Assembly (NCBI GenBank): GCA_965230415.1
Contig: CBDDKZ010000005.1
Location: 2,415,060-2,479,059 of the forward strand
Length of the DNA stretch: 64,000 nt
Direction: 5' to 3'
Source: Cytophagales bacterium
Lineage (GTDB): Bacteria; Bacteroidota; Bacteroidia; Cytophagales; JAAEPT01
In this document: positions 20,436 to 30,095 of the stretch, piece by piece
How positions within the stretch are numbered: the first letter of the stretch is position 1
Layout of the letters: every line of letters starts with the position of its first letter
Position numbers and translations under genes: made by a program
Notes under the pieces: generated by a model
What the model saw: only the letters and a program-made list of their open reading frames with translations
The model's database searches: none
Told to the model about the DNA's origin: nothing

Positions 20436-21301
20436 CTACATTTTGTATGATATTTTGTAGTAATCTTTGTTGCTGTCCGGAATCTGGACGACCGTATCAA
20501 CTTTAAGAATATAATACGCATTATAAAAATTTCTTACCACAAATTCCTCTCCACCTTCCAGTTTTGAGCTTGTCCCGGCTACAAGAACCCCTTTATTAAA
20601 AGCGTCTTTCACATCGAATTTTCTTTCTACACTGTCGTAACTAATTCCTGGTGTCCTTAATTCTGAACCAGGCATTGGGGCTATTTTTTGAAACCAGTTT
20701 TCACCAGTGGCGATGAGGGTATCAATGCCGATATCGTAAATTTCAGCGACTAAAGTATCTGTTAAATCTTTCGTAAGCCCCAGATCCAGATCGAGCGCTC
20801 CTGTATCGGCAATGATAGTATCTCCGGAGTTATAAAGTACGGCCGAAAATAGCTCTGCAGCCTCAATCTCAAATTTAAGAAGCACACCAATAGTTTGATT
20901 GTTTTCATCGCTTATATTTATTTCCAGATCATCACAGTAATTTCAGATTGCATGATGAAGTAGAATAGGTATTCCCCTGATTCAAATATGCCGGTAGCGT
21001 TTCCAATTACAGGAGTCAGTGAGGAGTCCAGAATACGATTAGCTAATTCCTCTGAATTGTTGATTTTGAATTGAATCGAACTTATGGGGTAGTTACCTTT
21101 ATTTATACTGAAAGTGAAAGCCACTGTGTCTTCCGGCTCTCCTACTATAACACCATTTTCCATGTCTGCGGTAACTTCTATTCCAGGACCAAGAGGCGAG
21201 GCATCGTCTTTGTCTTGTGGCGTACAATTGTCTAGAAAGATGAGTACGGAAAAGGCACAAAAAAGTAGCAGAATAGGTCTCAAAATGGTTTGATTACTCA
21301 T
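20436..21301 (-). pseudogene. Frameshift-split paralogue of the lipoprotein at 21418..22263 (ORFs 20918..21301 and 20436..20885)
   Basis: The upstream ORF carries the lipoprotein signal and an Ig-like N-domain. The downstream ORF carries the C-terminal domain (GTSSKLEGGEEFVVRNF...ILKVDTVV), which matches the neighbour's GATSKLTGGEVFVVKNS...LIEIDDVV. The two ORFs are in different frames and 32 nt apart. Confidence 0.4.
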
Positions 21302-21358
21302 ACAGTAAAATTACAAAGAATCACCTAAATAAATGCATCTTTAGTTTAGCCAATTTAT

Positions 21359-21395
21359 AAAAAAGAGGCTGACCTTTTCGGACAGCCTCTTTTTA
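21359..21395. terminator. Bidirectional rho-independent terminator
   Basis: aaaaAGAGGCTGacc-ttttc-ggaCAGCCTCTtttt is a hairpin flanked by an A-run and a T-run, just downstream of the minus-strand lipoprotein gene. Confidence 0.5.
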
Positions 21396-21417
21396 TAGAA
21401 TGGAATAATTTTGATAA

Positions 21418-22263
21418 TTATTGCTTGATATTAATTACATATTGGTCGGCGTTGTCAGTTGTAGTTACAACTACATCGTCGATTTCTATTAAGAAGAACT
21501 CGCCACCTGAATTCTTTACAACAAAGACTTCACCACCAGTTAATTTACTTGTAGCTCCACTAATTGCAGTACCATTATTAAATGCTTCTTCAATCGCCTC
21601 TTTAGTGCTTACGCTTGCGTAAGTTACTGTTGTTGACTTTAGTTCTGCTCCATTGATTGCTGAAATCATTTGTTTCCAGTTTGTTGCATCTGGCTCTCCA
21701 GCGTCAATACCTTCATCCTTAAGTTCAGATCCTGCCTCGCTTGAACCCGTTCCAGTACCGCTATTTAAATCGATACCCCCCGTTCCAGCAGGACCGGCAG
21801 AGTTAAGTAATGCTCCATCAATCTCAGTAACGGCAGTACCTGCTTCTTTGACTTCCACCGTAAATTCGATGCTTGTACTTAAATCATCTTTGTCGAATGC
21901 ACCGATTGTGTAGTTATAACTGCCTTCCGTAGTTGGTACCTCAATAACCACATCAATGATGTCATTAGAAGTAACTTCATACTCACTCTGTCCGGCAATG
22001 TCAGTACCATCCATCGTTAATTCACGGCCATCAATAATATTTCCGTTTTCACGTAGAGTAACATGAGTTAATTTTTTATCTCCCTGACGAACATCAACAG
22101 TTACAGTGATTTTAGATCCAGGTGTTACTGTAGTGTCAATTCCTGCGAAGTCACTGGTAATACTTGGTCCTACCGGTGCCGGATCATCTTCGGTACTACA
22201 GCTTGTGAAAAATACAGCCGAAGCAACAAATAATGTAAGTAATAAAAACGATAACTTTTTCAT
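21418..22263 (-). CDS. Secreted lipoprotein with Ig-like fold region, a Gly/Thr-rich linker and a conserved C-terminal beta-rich domain
   Basis: The start was chosen at the internal ATG (MKKLSFLLLTLFVASAVFFTSC lipobox). The listed ORF extends to 22341. A terminator lies downstream. Confidence 0.6.
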   Translation of the reverse strand: MKKLSFLLLTLFVASAVFFTSCSTEDDPAPVGPSITSDFAGIDTTVTPGSKITVTVDVRQGDKKLTHVTLRENGNIIDGRELTMDGTDIAGQSEYEVTSNDIIDVVIEVPTTEGSYNYTIGAFDKDDLSTSIEFTVEVKEAGTAVTEIDGALLNSAGPAGTGGIDLNSGTGTGSSEAGSELKDEGIDAGEPDATNWKQMISAINGAELKSTTVTYASVSTKEAIEEAFNNGTAISGATSKLTGGEVFVVKNSGGEFFLIEIDDVVVTTTDNADQYVINIKQ

Positions 22264-22546
22264 TTTGTGTTTAATTATAATTGTAATAAATAATTCAGTT
22301 CGAGAATATTTTAGTAGCAAAAATCGTTTATGATCTAACAATAATACGTTTTTTTCTAATTCTTAACAAGCTTCTTGTACGAAGTACACTATTGTAAAGT
22401 TGCCACGTTTCTTAGATGAACGCAAATGAATTGTATCATATTGTCCAGTGTTCAATTTATTATGTATTTATAAAGTTTTACTTTTAACAATTCAATTCGA
22501 AATTTGTTGAATAGCTGCATAAACATAGTTCTAATTAAAATTAATC

Positions 22547-24775
22547 ATGTTAAAGATTAACAGTCAAAAAATAACACGCTTCTACGTCCTCATAGTCTTT
22601 ATGATAAATTCATGTTTTTTGGGAGTAGCAAGCGATTCTATAAGTAACACCATTGATTTGGCCGATATTTGGCTCAATTATAATTTCTATGGTAAACATG
22701 TGCAACAAATCAATTGGTTGAACGAAGGGGCTCATTTTACGAGCCTTTCAAAAGTGAAGGGAACACGAAGCAATGTCTTAATCAGAAGGGATCTTGCACT
22801 AGATCAAGTTACAGATACCTTGGTTCCTATTATTGATGATCCATTTACAAATCAGATAGATTCGCTGGTATTTGACAGTTATCAGTTTAATAAAGAGGAA
22901 ACCAAACTGTTATTGTCTACAGGAAGGGAGATGCTATTTCGGCGCTCAAGTATAGCCAATTATGTGTTGTACGATTTAAAAGATCAATCGGCTAAAATAT
23001 TATCGGCTAACGGAAAAGTTTCCAGCCCAACTTTTTCTCCTGATGGATCGAAAGTAGCATTTGTAAGGGCAAATAACCTCTATGTCGTGGATATTGCCAG
23101 CGGTGAAGAACGGAGAATTACCAATGATGGTAAAACTAATTTTATTATTAACGGATTGGCAGATTGGGTCTACGAAGAAGAGTTTTCATTTACAAAAGCA
23201 TTTTTTTGGTCTCCGGATAGTAAACAAATTGCTTATTATCGTTTTGACGAATCCAAAGTTCCTATGTATGAAATGCAATTATGGGGCAATGGTTTATATC
23301 CTCAAAACAATTCATTTAAGTACCCCAAGGCAGGAGAAGACAATGCCAATGTTCAGGTGAAAACGGTAAATCTGGAAACGGGAAAAGAAGATTTAGTGGT
23401 TGAAGTAAACGGTAAGACAGATTATGTCCCCAGGATTAAATGGACAAAATCCAGGCACCTGTTATCATTTATTAAAATGAATCGACATCAGAATCTGCTG
23501 GAATTATATCACTATGACCTACTTTCAGGTAAAGATAGATTGGTGCTTAAAGAAGAGTCAGAGTCATATATTGATATTACAGATAACCTTACTTATTTCG
23601 ATAATGGTAAGCATTTTCTGTTTACAAGTGAGAAGGACGGTTATAATCATATTTACATGTATAAGCTCAATGGTAAACTGGTACGCCAGTTAACAAAAGG
23701 AAATTGGGAAGTAAAGGAATTATTGGGATTAGATGAGGAGAAAAAGAAAATCTATTACAGTTCAAACGAGGGAAGTCCTTTCAATGTACTTGTTTATGAA
23801 GTGACCATCAAAACCGGTGTGAAAAGGCTTGTAAGTGCTTCAGATGGTTTTAATAAAATTCAATTCAGCAATAAATTTGATTATTATATTCAAAACACAT
23901 CAAAATTCGATGAACCTAATGTTTATACTTTGCATTCAATAGATGGTAAGTTAATACGTACATTACAGGACAATGAGGAACTAACTAATCAACTGGATAG
24001 TATCTCACTGGGAGCTAATGAATTTTTTAGTTTCACCACCGGCGATCAGGTTGAATTGAATGGATGGATGATAAAACCACCAGGATTTGATGAAAGCAAG
24101 AAATACCCTGTTCTCATGTATGTTTATGGAGGTCCGGGTTATCAAACTGTGCAGAACAATTGGAAAAGCTTGTATTACGCCTGGTTTCAACTATTAGCAC
24201 AAAAAGGGTATATCGTGGTTTCCGTTGATGGAAGAGGTACGGGAGGTCGGGGAAGTGCGTTCAAAAAGTCTACTTATGGCAAGCTCGGTGAACTGGAAAC
24301 AAAAGATCAAATAGCCGCCGCCGAGTTTCTGGCTCAACAAACTTACGTTGACGCTCAAAGAATTGGAATATTTGGTTGGAGTTTTGGTGGCTACCTGTCG
24401 TCTTTGTGTATCACCAAAGGGGCTCATATTTTTAAGTCGGCCATCGCCGTGGCACCAGTAACTAATTGGCGTTTTTACGATACCATTTATACGGAAAGAT
24501 ACCTGAAAACCCCGCAGGAGAATGCCAAGGGGTATGACGAAAACTCTCCGGTAAATTTTGCCAATTTGCTCAAAGGTAATTTCTTGCTTGTACATGGTAC
24601 AGGTGACGATAATGTACATGTGCAAAACAGTTTTTTGCTCCAGAATGCCTTGATTAAAGCCGGAAAGCAATTTGATTCGTTTTATTACCCTGATAAAAAT
24701 CATGGTATTTATGGCGGAAATACGCGTTTTCATTTGTTTACTTTGATGACCAACTTTATCCTGGAGAAACTGTAA
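22547..24775 (+). CDS. Dipeptidyl-peptidase IV (S9B family prolyl dipeptidyl aminopeptidase)
   Basis: 742 aa. An N-terminal DPP-IV propeller region (DIWLNYNF...) precedes the C-terminal alpha/beta hydrolase with nucleophile motif GWSFGGY and the downstream D and H. Confidence 0.88.
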   Translation: MLKINSQKITRFYVLIVFMINSCFLGVASDSISNTIDLADIWLNYNFYGKHVQQINWLNEGAHFTSLSKVKGTRSNVLIRRDLALDQVTDTLVPIIDDPFTNQIDSLVFDSYQFNKEETKLLLSTGREMLFRRSSIANYVLYDLKDQSAKILSANGKVSSPTFSPDGSKVAFVRANNLYVVDIASGEERRITNDGKTNFIINGLADWVYEEEFSFTKAFFWSPDSKQIAYYRFDESKVPMYEMQLWGNGLYPQNNSFKYPKAGEDNANVQVKTVNLETGKEDLVVEVNGKTDYVPRIKWTKSRHLLSFIKMNRHQNLLELYHYDLLSGKDRLVLKEESESYIDITDNLTYFDNGKHFLFTSEKDGYNHIYMYKLNGKLVRQLTKGNWEVKELLGLDEEKKKIYYSSNEGSPFNVLVYEVTIKTGVKRLVSASDGFNKIQFSNKFDYYIQNTSKFDEPNVYTLHSIDGKLIRTLQDNEELTNQLDSISLGANEFFSFTTGDQVELNGWMIKPPGFDESKKYPVLMYVYGGPGYQTVQNNWKSLYYAWFQLLAQKGYIVVSVDGRGTGGRGSAFKKSTYGKLGELETKDQIAAAEFLAQQTYVDAQRIGIFGWSFGGYLSSLCITKGAHIFKSAIAVAPVTNWRFYDTIYTERYLKTPQENAKGYDENSPVNFANLLKGNFLLVHGTGDDNVHVQNSFLLQNALIKAGKQFDSFYYPDKNHGIYGGNTRFHLFTLMTNFILEKL

Positions 24776-24785
24776 ATGACAAAAT

Positions 24786-25304
24786 ATGATTAAGAAACCT
24801 ATAAATTTTCGTAAGTGGATTGATGATAATCGCCATTTGTTGAAACCTCCTGTTGGGAATCAACAGGTATATTTACAGAATGATGATTTTATAGTTATGG
24901 TTGTTGGTGGCCCTAATAAAAGAAAAGACTATCATTATAACGAGGGGGAAGAACTGTTTTATCAGGTGGAAGGAGGTATTGTCTTGAAAATAATCGAAGA
25001 TGGCAAACCGGTCGATATTCCGATCAATGAAGGAGAAATGTTCTTGTTGCCTCCAAAAGTACCGCACTCTCCACAACGACCTGCGAATACTGTCGGTCTC
25101 GTCATAGAGCGGTATAGAAATGAGCACGAAAAAGACGGGTTTCAGTGGTATTGCGAAAATTGTAATCATAAACTATACGAAGAGTATTTCGAATTAACAG
25201 ATATTGTAAAACAACTTCCTGTAGTAATGGAGAAATATTATAATTCTAAAGCATTAAGGACATGTGATAATTGTGGGCATGTTATGGACGATCCGAGGAA
25301 TTGA
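24786..25304 (+). CDS. nbaC: 3-hydroxyanthranilate 3,4-dioxygenase
   Basis: 172-aa cupin with the HAAO motifs (HYNEGEELFYQVEGG, PPKVPHSPQR) and a C-terminal rubredoxin-like site (CENC...CDNCGH). Confidence 0.88.
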   Translation: MIKKPINFRKWIDDNRHLLKPPVGNQQVYLQNDDFIVMVVGGPNKRKDYHYNEGEELFYQVEGGIVLKIIEDGKPVDIPINEGEMFLLPPKVPHSPQRPANTVGLVIERYRNEHEKDGFQWYCENCNHKLYEEYFELTDIVKQLPVVMEKYYNSKALRTCDNCGHVMDDPRN

Positions 25305-26557
25305 TGGAGCTGGAAAAAGCAAATAGGTATGATCAGGAAGATGCGTTAAGCGACTTGAGGCAAGCGTTTTTTATCCCAAAAGTTGATGAGGAAGAGTTGG
25401 TGTACCTCAGCGGTAATTCCTTAGGGCTCCAGTGTAGAAGTACAAGTGAATTTGTTCAGGCTGAACTCGATGCATGGGCTAAGTACGGAGTAGAAGGGCA
25501 TTTTACTGGGGCAAAACCCTGGGTTAGCTATCATGAACAATTCTCAGTGCCACTGTCGCGCTTGACCGGCGCAAAACCAGTAGAGGTTGTTGCCATGAAT
25601 AGTTTGACAGTGAACCTGCATCTGGCTTTAAGCTCCTTTTACAAACCAAAAGGTAAAAAATCAAAAATCTTGATTGAAAGAAGTGCTTTTGGCTCTGACA
25701 TTTATGCAGTGAAATCACAGATAAAATGGCACGGGCTCAATCCGGAAGAAGAATTACTGTTTTTGGAGGAGGACAGTCAGCAACTGCTAAGTACGGTTCA
25801 CATTTGTGATGTCATTGCACGGTCCAAAGAAGAAATAGCATTAGTACTTTTAGGAGGAGTAAATTACCTAAGTGGGCAGTGTTATGAAATGGAAGAAATT
25901 GCTCGCTGTGCACACGAAAACGACTGTTTTTTTGGAGTAGACCTGGCTCATGCGATTGGTAATGTGCATGTTCCTCTTTCTTTAAATAAATGGGGGGTGG
26001 ATTTTGCTGTTTGGTGTAGTTATAAATACCTGAATTCGGGACCCGGTGGCGTAGGAGGGCTGTATATACACGAAAATCATCATGGGCAAGACCTTACACG
26101 CTTAGAAGGATGGTGGGGGACTCAACCGAAAAATCGTTTCAAAATGGGACCAGACTTTGATCCTATTCCCACTGTCGAAGCCTGGCAACTAAGCAATGCA
26201 CCTGTTTTATCAATGGCTGCTCTTGCGGCTTCTCTGGCCCTATTTGACAGTGTTGACCTCGAAGCTTTGCGCGCCAAGAGTATTCGTTTGACTACGATGC
26301 TCTTTGAAGGATTAAGCAACAATCCGAAAATTAAGATTATAACGCCACAGGATTTTGGACAGCGAGGAGCGCAATTATCTTTATTTATTCCGGGTACCGA
26401 TGAATCTCTGATTCGGGAATTAAGAAACAGAGGTGTAGTGGCCGACTGGCGGAGCTTTAGTAGCGGTGGTATTTTGAGAATGGCCCCTGTGCCTCTTTAT
26501 AATTCCTTTAGCGATGTAAAATATGCTGTGGAGTGTTTAAATGATCTGGTAAAATGA
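25304..26557 (+). CDS. kynU: Kynureninase
   Basis: PLP-dependent fold with a kynureninase-like N-terminus (LRQAFFIP, YLSGNSLG) and SGPGGVGGL. The start ATG overlaps the nbaC stop (TGATG). The listed ORF begins 33 nt earlier. Confidence 0.9.
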   Translation: MELEKANRYDQEDALSDLRQAFFIPKVDEEELVYLSGNSLGLQCRSTSEFVQAELDAWAKYGVEGHFTGAKPWVSYHEQFSVPLSRLTGAKPVEVVAMNSLTVNLHLALSSFYKPKGKKSKILIERSAFGSDIYAVKSQIKWHGLNPEEELLFLEEDSQQLLSTVHICDVIARSKEEIALVLLGGVNYLSGQCYEMEEIARCAHENDCFFGVDLAHAIGNVHVPLSLNKWGVDFAVWCSYKYLNSGPGGVGGLYIHENHHGQDLTRLEGWWGTQPKNRFKMGPDFDPIPTVEAWQLSNAPVLSMAALAASLALFDSVDLEALRAKSIRLTTMLFEGLSNNPKIKIITPQDFGQRGAQLSLFIPGTDESLIRELRNRGVVADWRSFSSGGILRMAPVPLYNSFSDVKYAVECLNDLVK

Positions 26558-27852
26558 AGCATGTTGGGATTATTGGCGCCGGACTCGTAGGAAGTTTATT
26601 GGCGAATTTGTTGAGTAAAAAAGGATTTCGTGTCACCCTTTTCGAGAAACGTTACAATCCACTGAAAACACAGGTTTATGCGGGTCGCTCTATAAATCTG
26701 GCATTGAGTGAACGCGGATTGAAGGCATTACGTTTGCTAGGGCTTGACCAGGAGCTCCTGAAACTGGCCATTCCAATGAAGGCGCGCGTAATTCATAGCC
26801 CTTCCGGTGAAATAAGCCTGCACCCTTATCATCCTGATGCAAAGGCTATCTATTCCATTTCGCGTGGTGAACTCAATTTGTACTTATTAAAAAAGCTCAA
26901 TCAGCAAGTTGCGTTAAAATTTAACCATGACCTTACTACCTGGGACTTTCAATCGGCGACCTTTAGTACTCCGCAGGGTATGTGCAGCTACGAACTCGAT
27001 TACCTGATTGGTTGCGACGGTGGTTTTTCGGCGGTGCGCGATTTTATAGAAAAAGATAATTTTGACCGTCGTCCACTTACACATAGTTATAAAGAGCTTG
27101 CCATTCCTCAGGATGCTTCGGGTAATTTGGTTTTTCCTAATGAAGGTCTGCATATCTGGCCGCGCAAAAGCTTTATGTTTATTGCACTTCCAAATTTAGA
27201 TAATACATTTACAGGAACACTTTTTTTAGCCAAAGAGGGAGCGCCTTCATTTAACTCCTTCAATGAATACGAAAAATTTGATACCTTTTTTAAAAAGGAG
27301 TTCCCTGATGCCTATAAGGTGATACCTGAGTTGGAAATGGAGTATTCCGCAAATCCTGTGTCGAGTTTGTCCACTACCATTACAAAAAAGTGGTCCAAAG
27401 GTAATACGATGGTGATAGGAGATGCGGCTCATGCAATTGTGCCTTTTTATGGCCAGGGGATGAACGCAGGTTTTGAAGATTGTTATATTTTAGATCAGAT
27501 GCTGGATAAATCAAACGGTCAGTTAACGCTTGTATTTGAAGAATTTGCTGCAAAGCGAAAGAAAGATGGCGTAGCTATTGCTGAAATGGCACTTGCGAAT
27601 TTTATTGAAATGCGCGACCTGATAACTGATCCTGCCTTTTTGCTGAAAAGAACTATAGACAATTACCTTTATGCGCATCATCCCGACAAATGGATGTCTC
27701 AATATGCGATGGTAACGTTTGAAGATGTAAGCTACAGCTATGCCTGGCAAAAGGGTAAAGAACAGGATGATTTATTAAATAATATTATAGCAAACTATGG
27801 CGAAGGCTGGCGTAATAACCTACAAGACATACGCACATATTTAGCGCTATGA
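26554..27852 (+). CDS. kmo: Kynurenine 3-monooxygenase (FAD-dependent)
   Basis: FAD-binding GIIGAGLVGSLLANLL is present, with a KMO-like C-terminus. The start overlaps the kynU stop (ATGA). Confidence 0.88.
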   Translation: MKHVGIIGAGLVGSLLANLLSKKGFRVTLFEKRYNPLKTQVYAGRSINLALSERGLKALRLLGLDQELLKLAIPMKARVIHSPSGEISLHPYHPDAKAIYSISRGELNLYLLKKLNQQVALKFNHDLTTWDFQSATFSTPQGMCSYELDYLIGCDGGFSAVRDFIEKDNFDRRPLTHSYKELAIPQDASGNLVFPNEGLHIWPRKSFMFIALPNLDNTFTGTLFLAKEGAPSFNSFNEYEKFDTFFKKEFPDAYKVIPELEMEYSANPVSSLSTTITKKWSKGNTMVIGDAAHAIVPFYGQGMNAGFEDCYILDQMLDKSNGQLTLVFEEFAAKRKKDGVAIAEMALANFIEMRDLITDPAFLLKRTIDNYLYAHHPDKWMSQYAMVTFEDVSYSYAWQKGKEQDDLLNNIIANYGEGWRNNLQDIRTYLAL

Positions 27853-27867
27853 GTGAATTTATTTCAA

Positions 27868-28644
27868 CTATTTTTTCTTTTTGAGCAGGCTTCTTAGTGC
27901 CTCCATTTCCTCTTCCAGTTTGTCAAGCCGCTGCTCCATTAAAGAGGCGGGTTCCAATTGTTTGGTGAAACGCCCTACCACAAGCCAGCATTCTTTAATT
28001 TCGGAATCATCGAATTTGAGCGTCTGAAAGTTATTATTGTCGGCCTGCCACTCAATGCTTTTTCCTTTGATACTGGCGCGACGGCATAATAGCTGCTTCT
28101 CTGTTATAAGGATATAAGACTGGTGGTTCTTAATCTTTTTGTAAGTGGTTTGCTCACCTATCAGGGTGTCGCCCTCCTGAATCCCGGCGTTTCCACTTGT
28201 CATGGCGGGGTCTATTATTTCAAAAGCACGGTGTTGTGGTGCGTGAAATGCTGACATGACAAGCCGAGGCTGTACTGCCATAAAGTCTTTGTTCTGAAAA
28301 TGTGTCAGGTATTCAATGACTTTGGCATTTTTGATATGGGCAATGCCTTCCTTAATCGTCTTTTTCGGTGTACTGGTCAATTGCTTCTTTCCGGCCTGAT
28401 CGATCTCTTTGAAAAGGTCGAAATGGTACAATTCATTGATAGTTAAGTCTTTGGTTAATAGCGTGTCAACCGATATGCCAAAATAATTGGCAATTTGAAT
28501 AATAGTGTCAACTTTGGGCTCGGCTCTTTCTTCTTCATAAGCACCCACACTGGTTCGGGATAGCTTAAATAGCTCTGAAAAAGCAGCTTGAGACAGTTTT
28601 TTAACTGTTCTGATCTTTTTTATATTTTTACCTATCAAAGACAT
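27868..28644 (-). CDS. XRE-family HTH transcriptional regulator fused to an S24 (LexA/CI-like) peptidase domain
   Basis: N-terminal HTH (IKKIRTVKKLSQAAFSELFKLSRTSVGAYEEERAEP) and a C-terminal S24-like beta-domain. It is transcribed divergently from the PspA-flotillin cluster. Confidence 0.75.
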   Translation of the reverse strand: MSLIGKNIKKIRTVKKLSQAAFSELFKLSRTSVGAYEEERAEPKVDTIIQIANYFGISVDTLLTKDLTINELYHFDLFKEIDQAGKKQLTSTPKKTIKEGIAHIKNAKVIEYLTHFQNKDFMAVQPRLVMSAFHAPQHRAFEIIDPAMTSGNAGIQEGDTLIGEQTTYKKIKNHQSYILITEKQLLCRRASIKGKSIEWQADNNNFQTLKFDDSEIKECWLVVGRFTKQLEPASLMEQRLDKLEEEMEALRSLLKKKK

Positions 28645-28866
28645 TTTTCGGAAATAATTGCCAATAATTTTGGAGTTTCTAATATTTTTGGTATAATTGT
28701 TGTATGGTATTTAAGTAAAGACAGCAATTATGAAGTATCAAACATACAATAGTCAACCTCCATAGCCAAAATAATTGGCGATAAGTATATGAAAAGTATT
28801 CGATTTAATTAAATTTACTACGAATCTTTTAAGGAGTTTTTCGACTACAATAAACAACAAAATAAA

Positions 28867-29259
28867 ATGAACGAACAATTCATCAAAGTTAGAGACTACG
28901 TCCTGGAACTGGGATATAACATTGCATCAGAGAGTGAAGAAGACGGTATCATCATCGTAGAAAACGAAGAAGCCGGTATTATTAATTTAGTATTATTGGT
29001 AGCAGATCCAATCCTACTTTTTGAGCAGTATTTGTTTGATGTACCGGCAGAATCAGCCAGCATATACAAAAGCCTTTTACAAAAGAACAGAGATATCATT
29101 CACGGAGCTTTCGTGTTGGATGAAACGGGCAATAGAGTGATTTTCAGAGATGCATTGCAACTTGAAAATTTAGACCTCAACGAAGTAGAAGGGTCATTCA
29201 ACTCACTTAAATTATTGCTTGGTGAGTATAGTGAAGAATTAATTGAGTTTTCAAAATAA
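28867..29259 (+). CDS. YbjN-like (putative sensory-transduction/chaperone-like) domain protein
   Basis: 130-aa acidic cytoplasmic protein whose pattern resembles the YbjN family. It is the first gene of the + strand cluster. Confidence 0.45.
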   Translation: MNEQFIKVRDYVLELGYNIASESEEDGIIIVENEEAGIINLVLLVADPILLFEQYLFDVPAESASIYKSLLQKNRDIIHGAFVLDETGNRVIFRDALQLENLDLNEVEGSFNSLKLLLGEYSEELIEFSK

Positions 29260-29270
29260 AAGTATTAAAC

Positions 29271-29996
29271 ATGAGTATTTTCAAAAGATTATTTAAAATA
29301 GGACAATCGGAGGCACATTCTGCTATCGATAAATTAGAAGATCCAATCAAATTAACCGAACAAGGTATCAGAGATCTTAAAAAAGACCTTGACAAAGCCT
29401 TACACGCTTTGGCAGAAGTGAAAGCGTTGGCAATACGTTCAAGAAACGAAGGTGAGACTGAATCGGCCAAGGCAAAAGATTACGAGAAAAAGGCCATGCT
29501 TTTATTGCAAAAAGCAGAAAAAGGGGAGATTGCTCCCGAAGATGCCGATCGTTTAGCCAGTGAAGCACTTGTTAAAAAGAGCGAAGCAGAGCAACAGGCT
29601 GCACGTGCAAAAGCCGATCAGGATAAATTTGACAAAAACGTCGCTCAGCTTGATGTAAACGTGAAGAGTTTGAGAACAAATATTTCCAAATACGAAAACG
29701 AATTACGTACGCTTAAGGCACGAGTGAAAGTAAGCGATGCCACTAAGAAAATCAATAAACAAATGGCTCAAATAGATGCTACCAGTACCGTTTCCATGTT
29801 GGAGCGTATGAAAGAAAAAGTAGCTCAGGAAGAAGCCTTAGCTGAATCTTATGGAGACATTGCCAATGAGAGCAAAAGTGTGGACGATGAGATCGATAAG
29901 GCCCTAAATACCGGAACAGCACAAACAGCTGCTTCAGACGACCTTGCGGCTCTTAAAGCCAAAATGGGTATTAACAAAAGCGACTCTGCTGAGTAA
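29271..29996 (+). CDS. pspA: PspA/IM30 (phage-shock protein A / Vipp1 / ESCRT-III-like) family protein
   Basis: 241 aa. The N-terminal amphipathic helix MSIFKRLFKIGQSEAHSAIDKLEDPIKLTEQGIRDLKKDL aligns with PspA [28 protein letters not shown]..., and a long coiled coil follows. Confidence 0.85.
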   Translation: MSIFKRLFKIGQSEAHSAIDKLEDPIKLTEQGIRDLKKDLDKALHALAEVKALAIRSRNEGETESAKAKDYEKKAMLLLQKAEKGEIAPEDADRLASEALVKKSEAEQQAARAKADQDKFDKNVAQLDVNVKSLRTNISKYENELRTLKARVKVSDATKKINKQMAQIDATSTVSMLERMKEKVAQEEALAESYGDIANESKSVDDEIDKALNTGTAQTAASDDLAALKAKMGINKSDSAE

Positions 29997-30095
29997 GCTC
30001 GTTCTAAATGGTCTTTGAGCCTTTGGATTAAGCATAAATTCGCCGGTAGCAATTTTGCTACCGGTACCTAACCTAAACAACTATTATTACCATCA

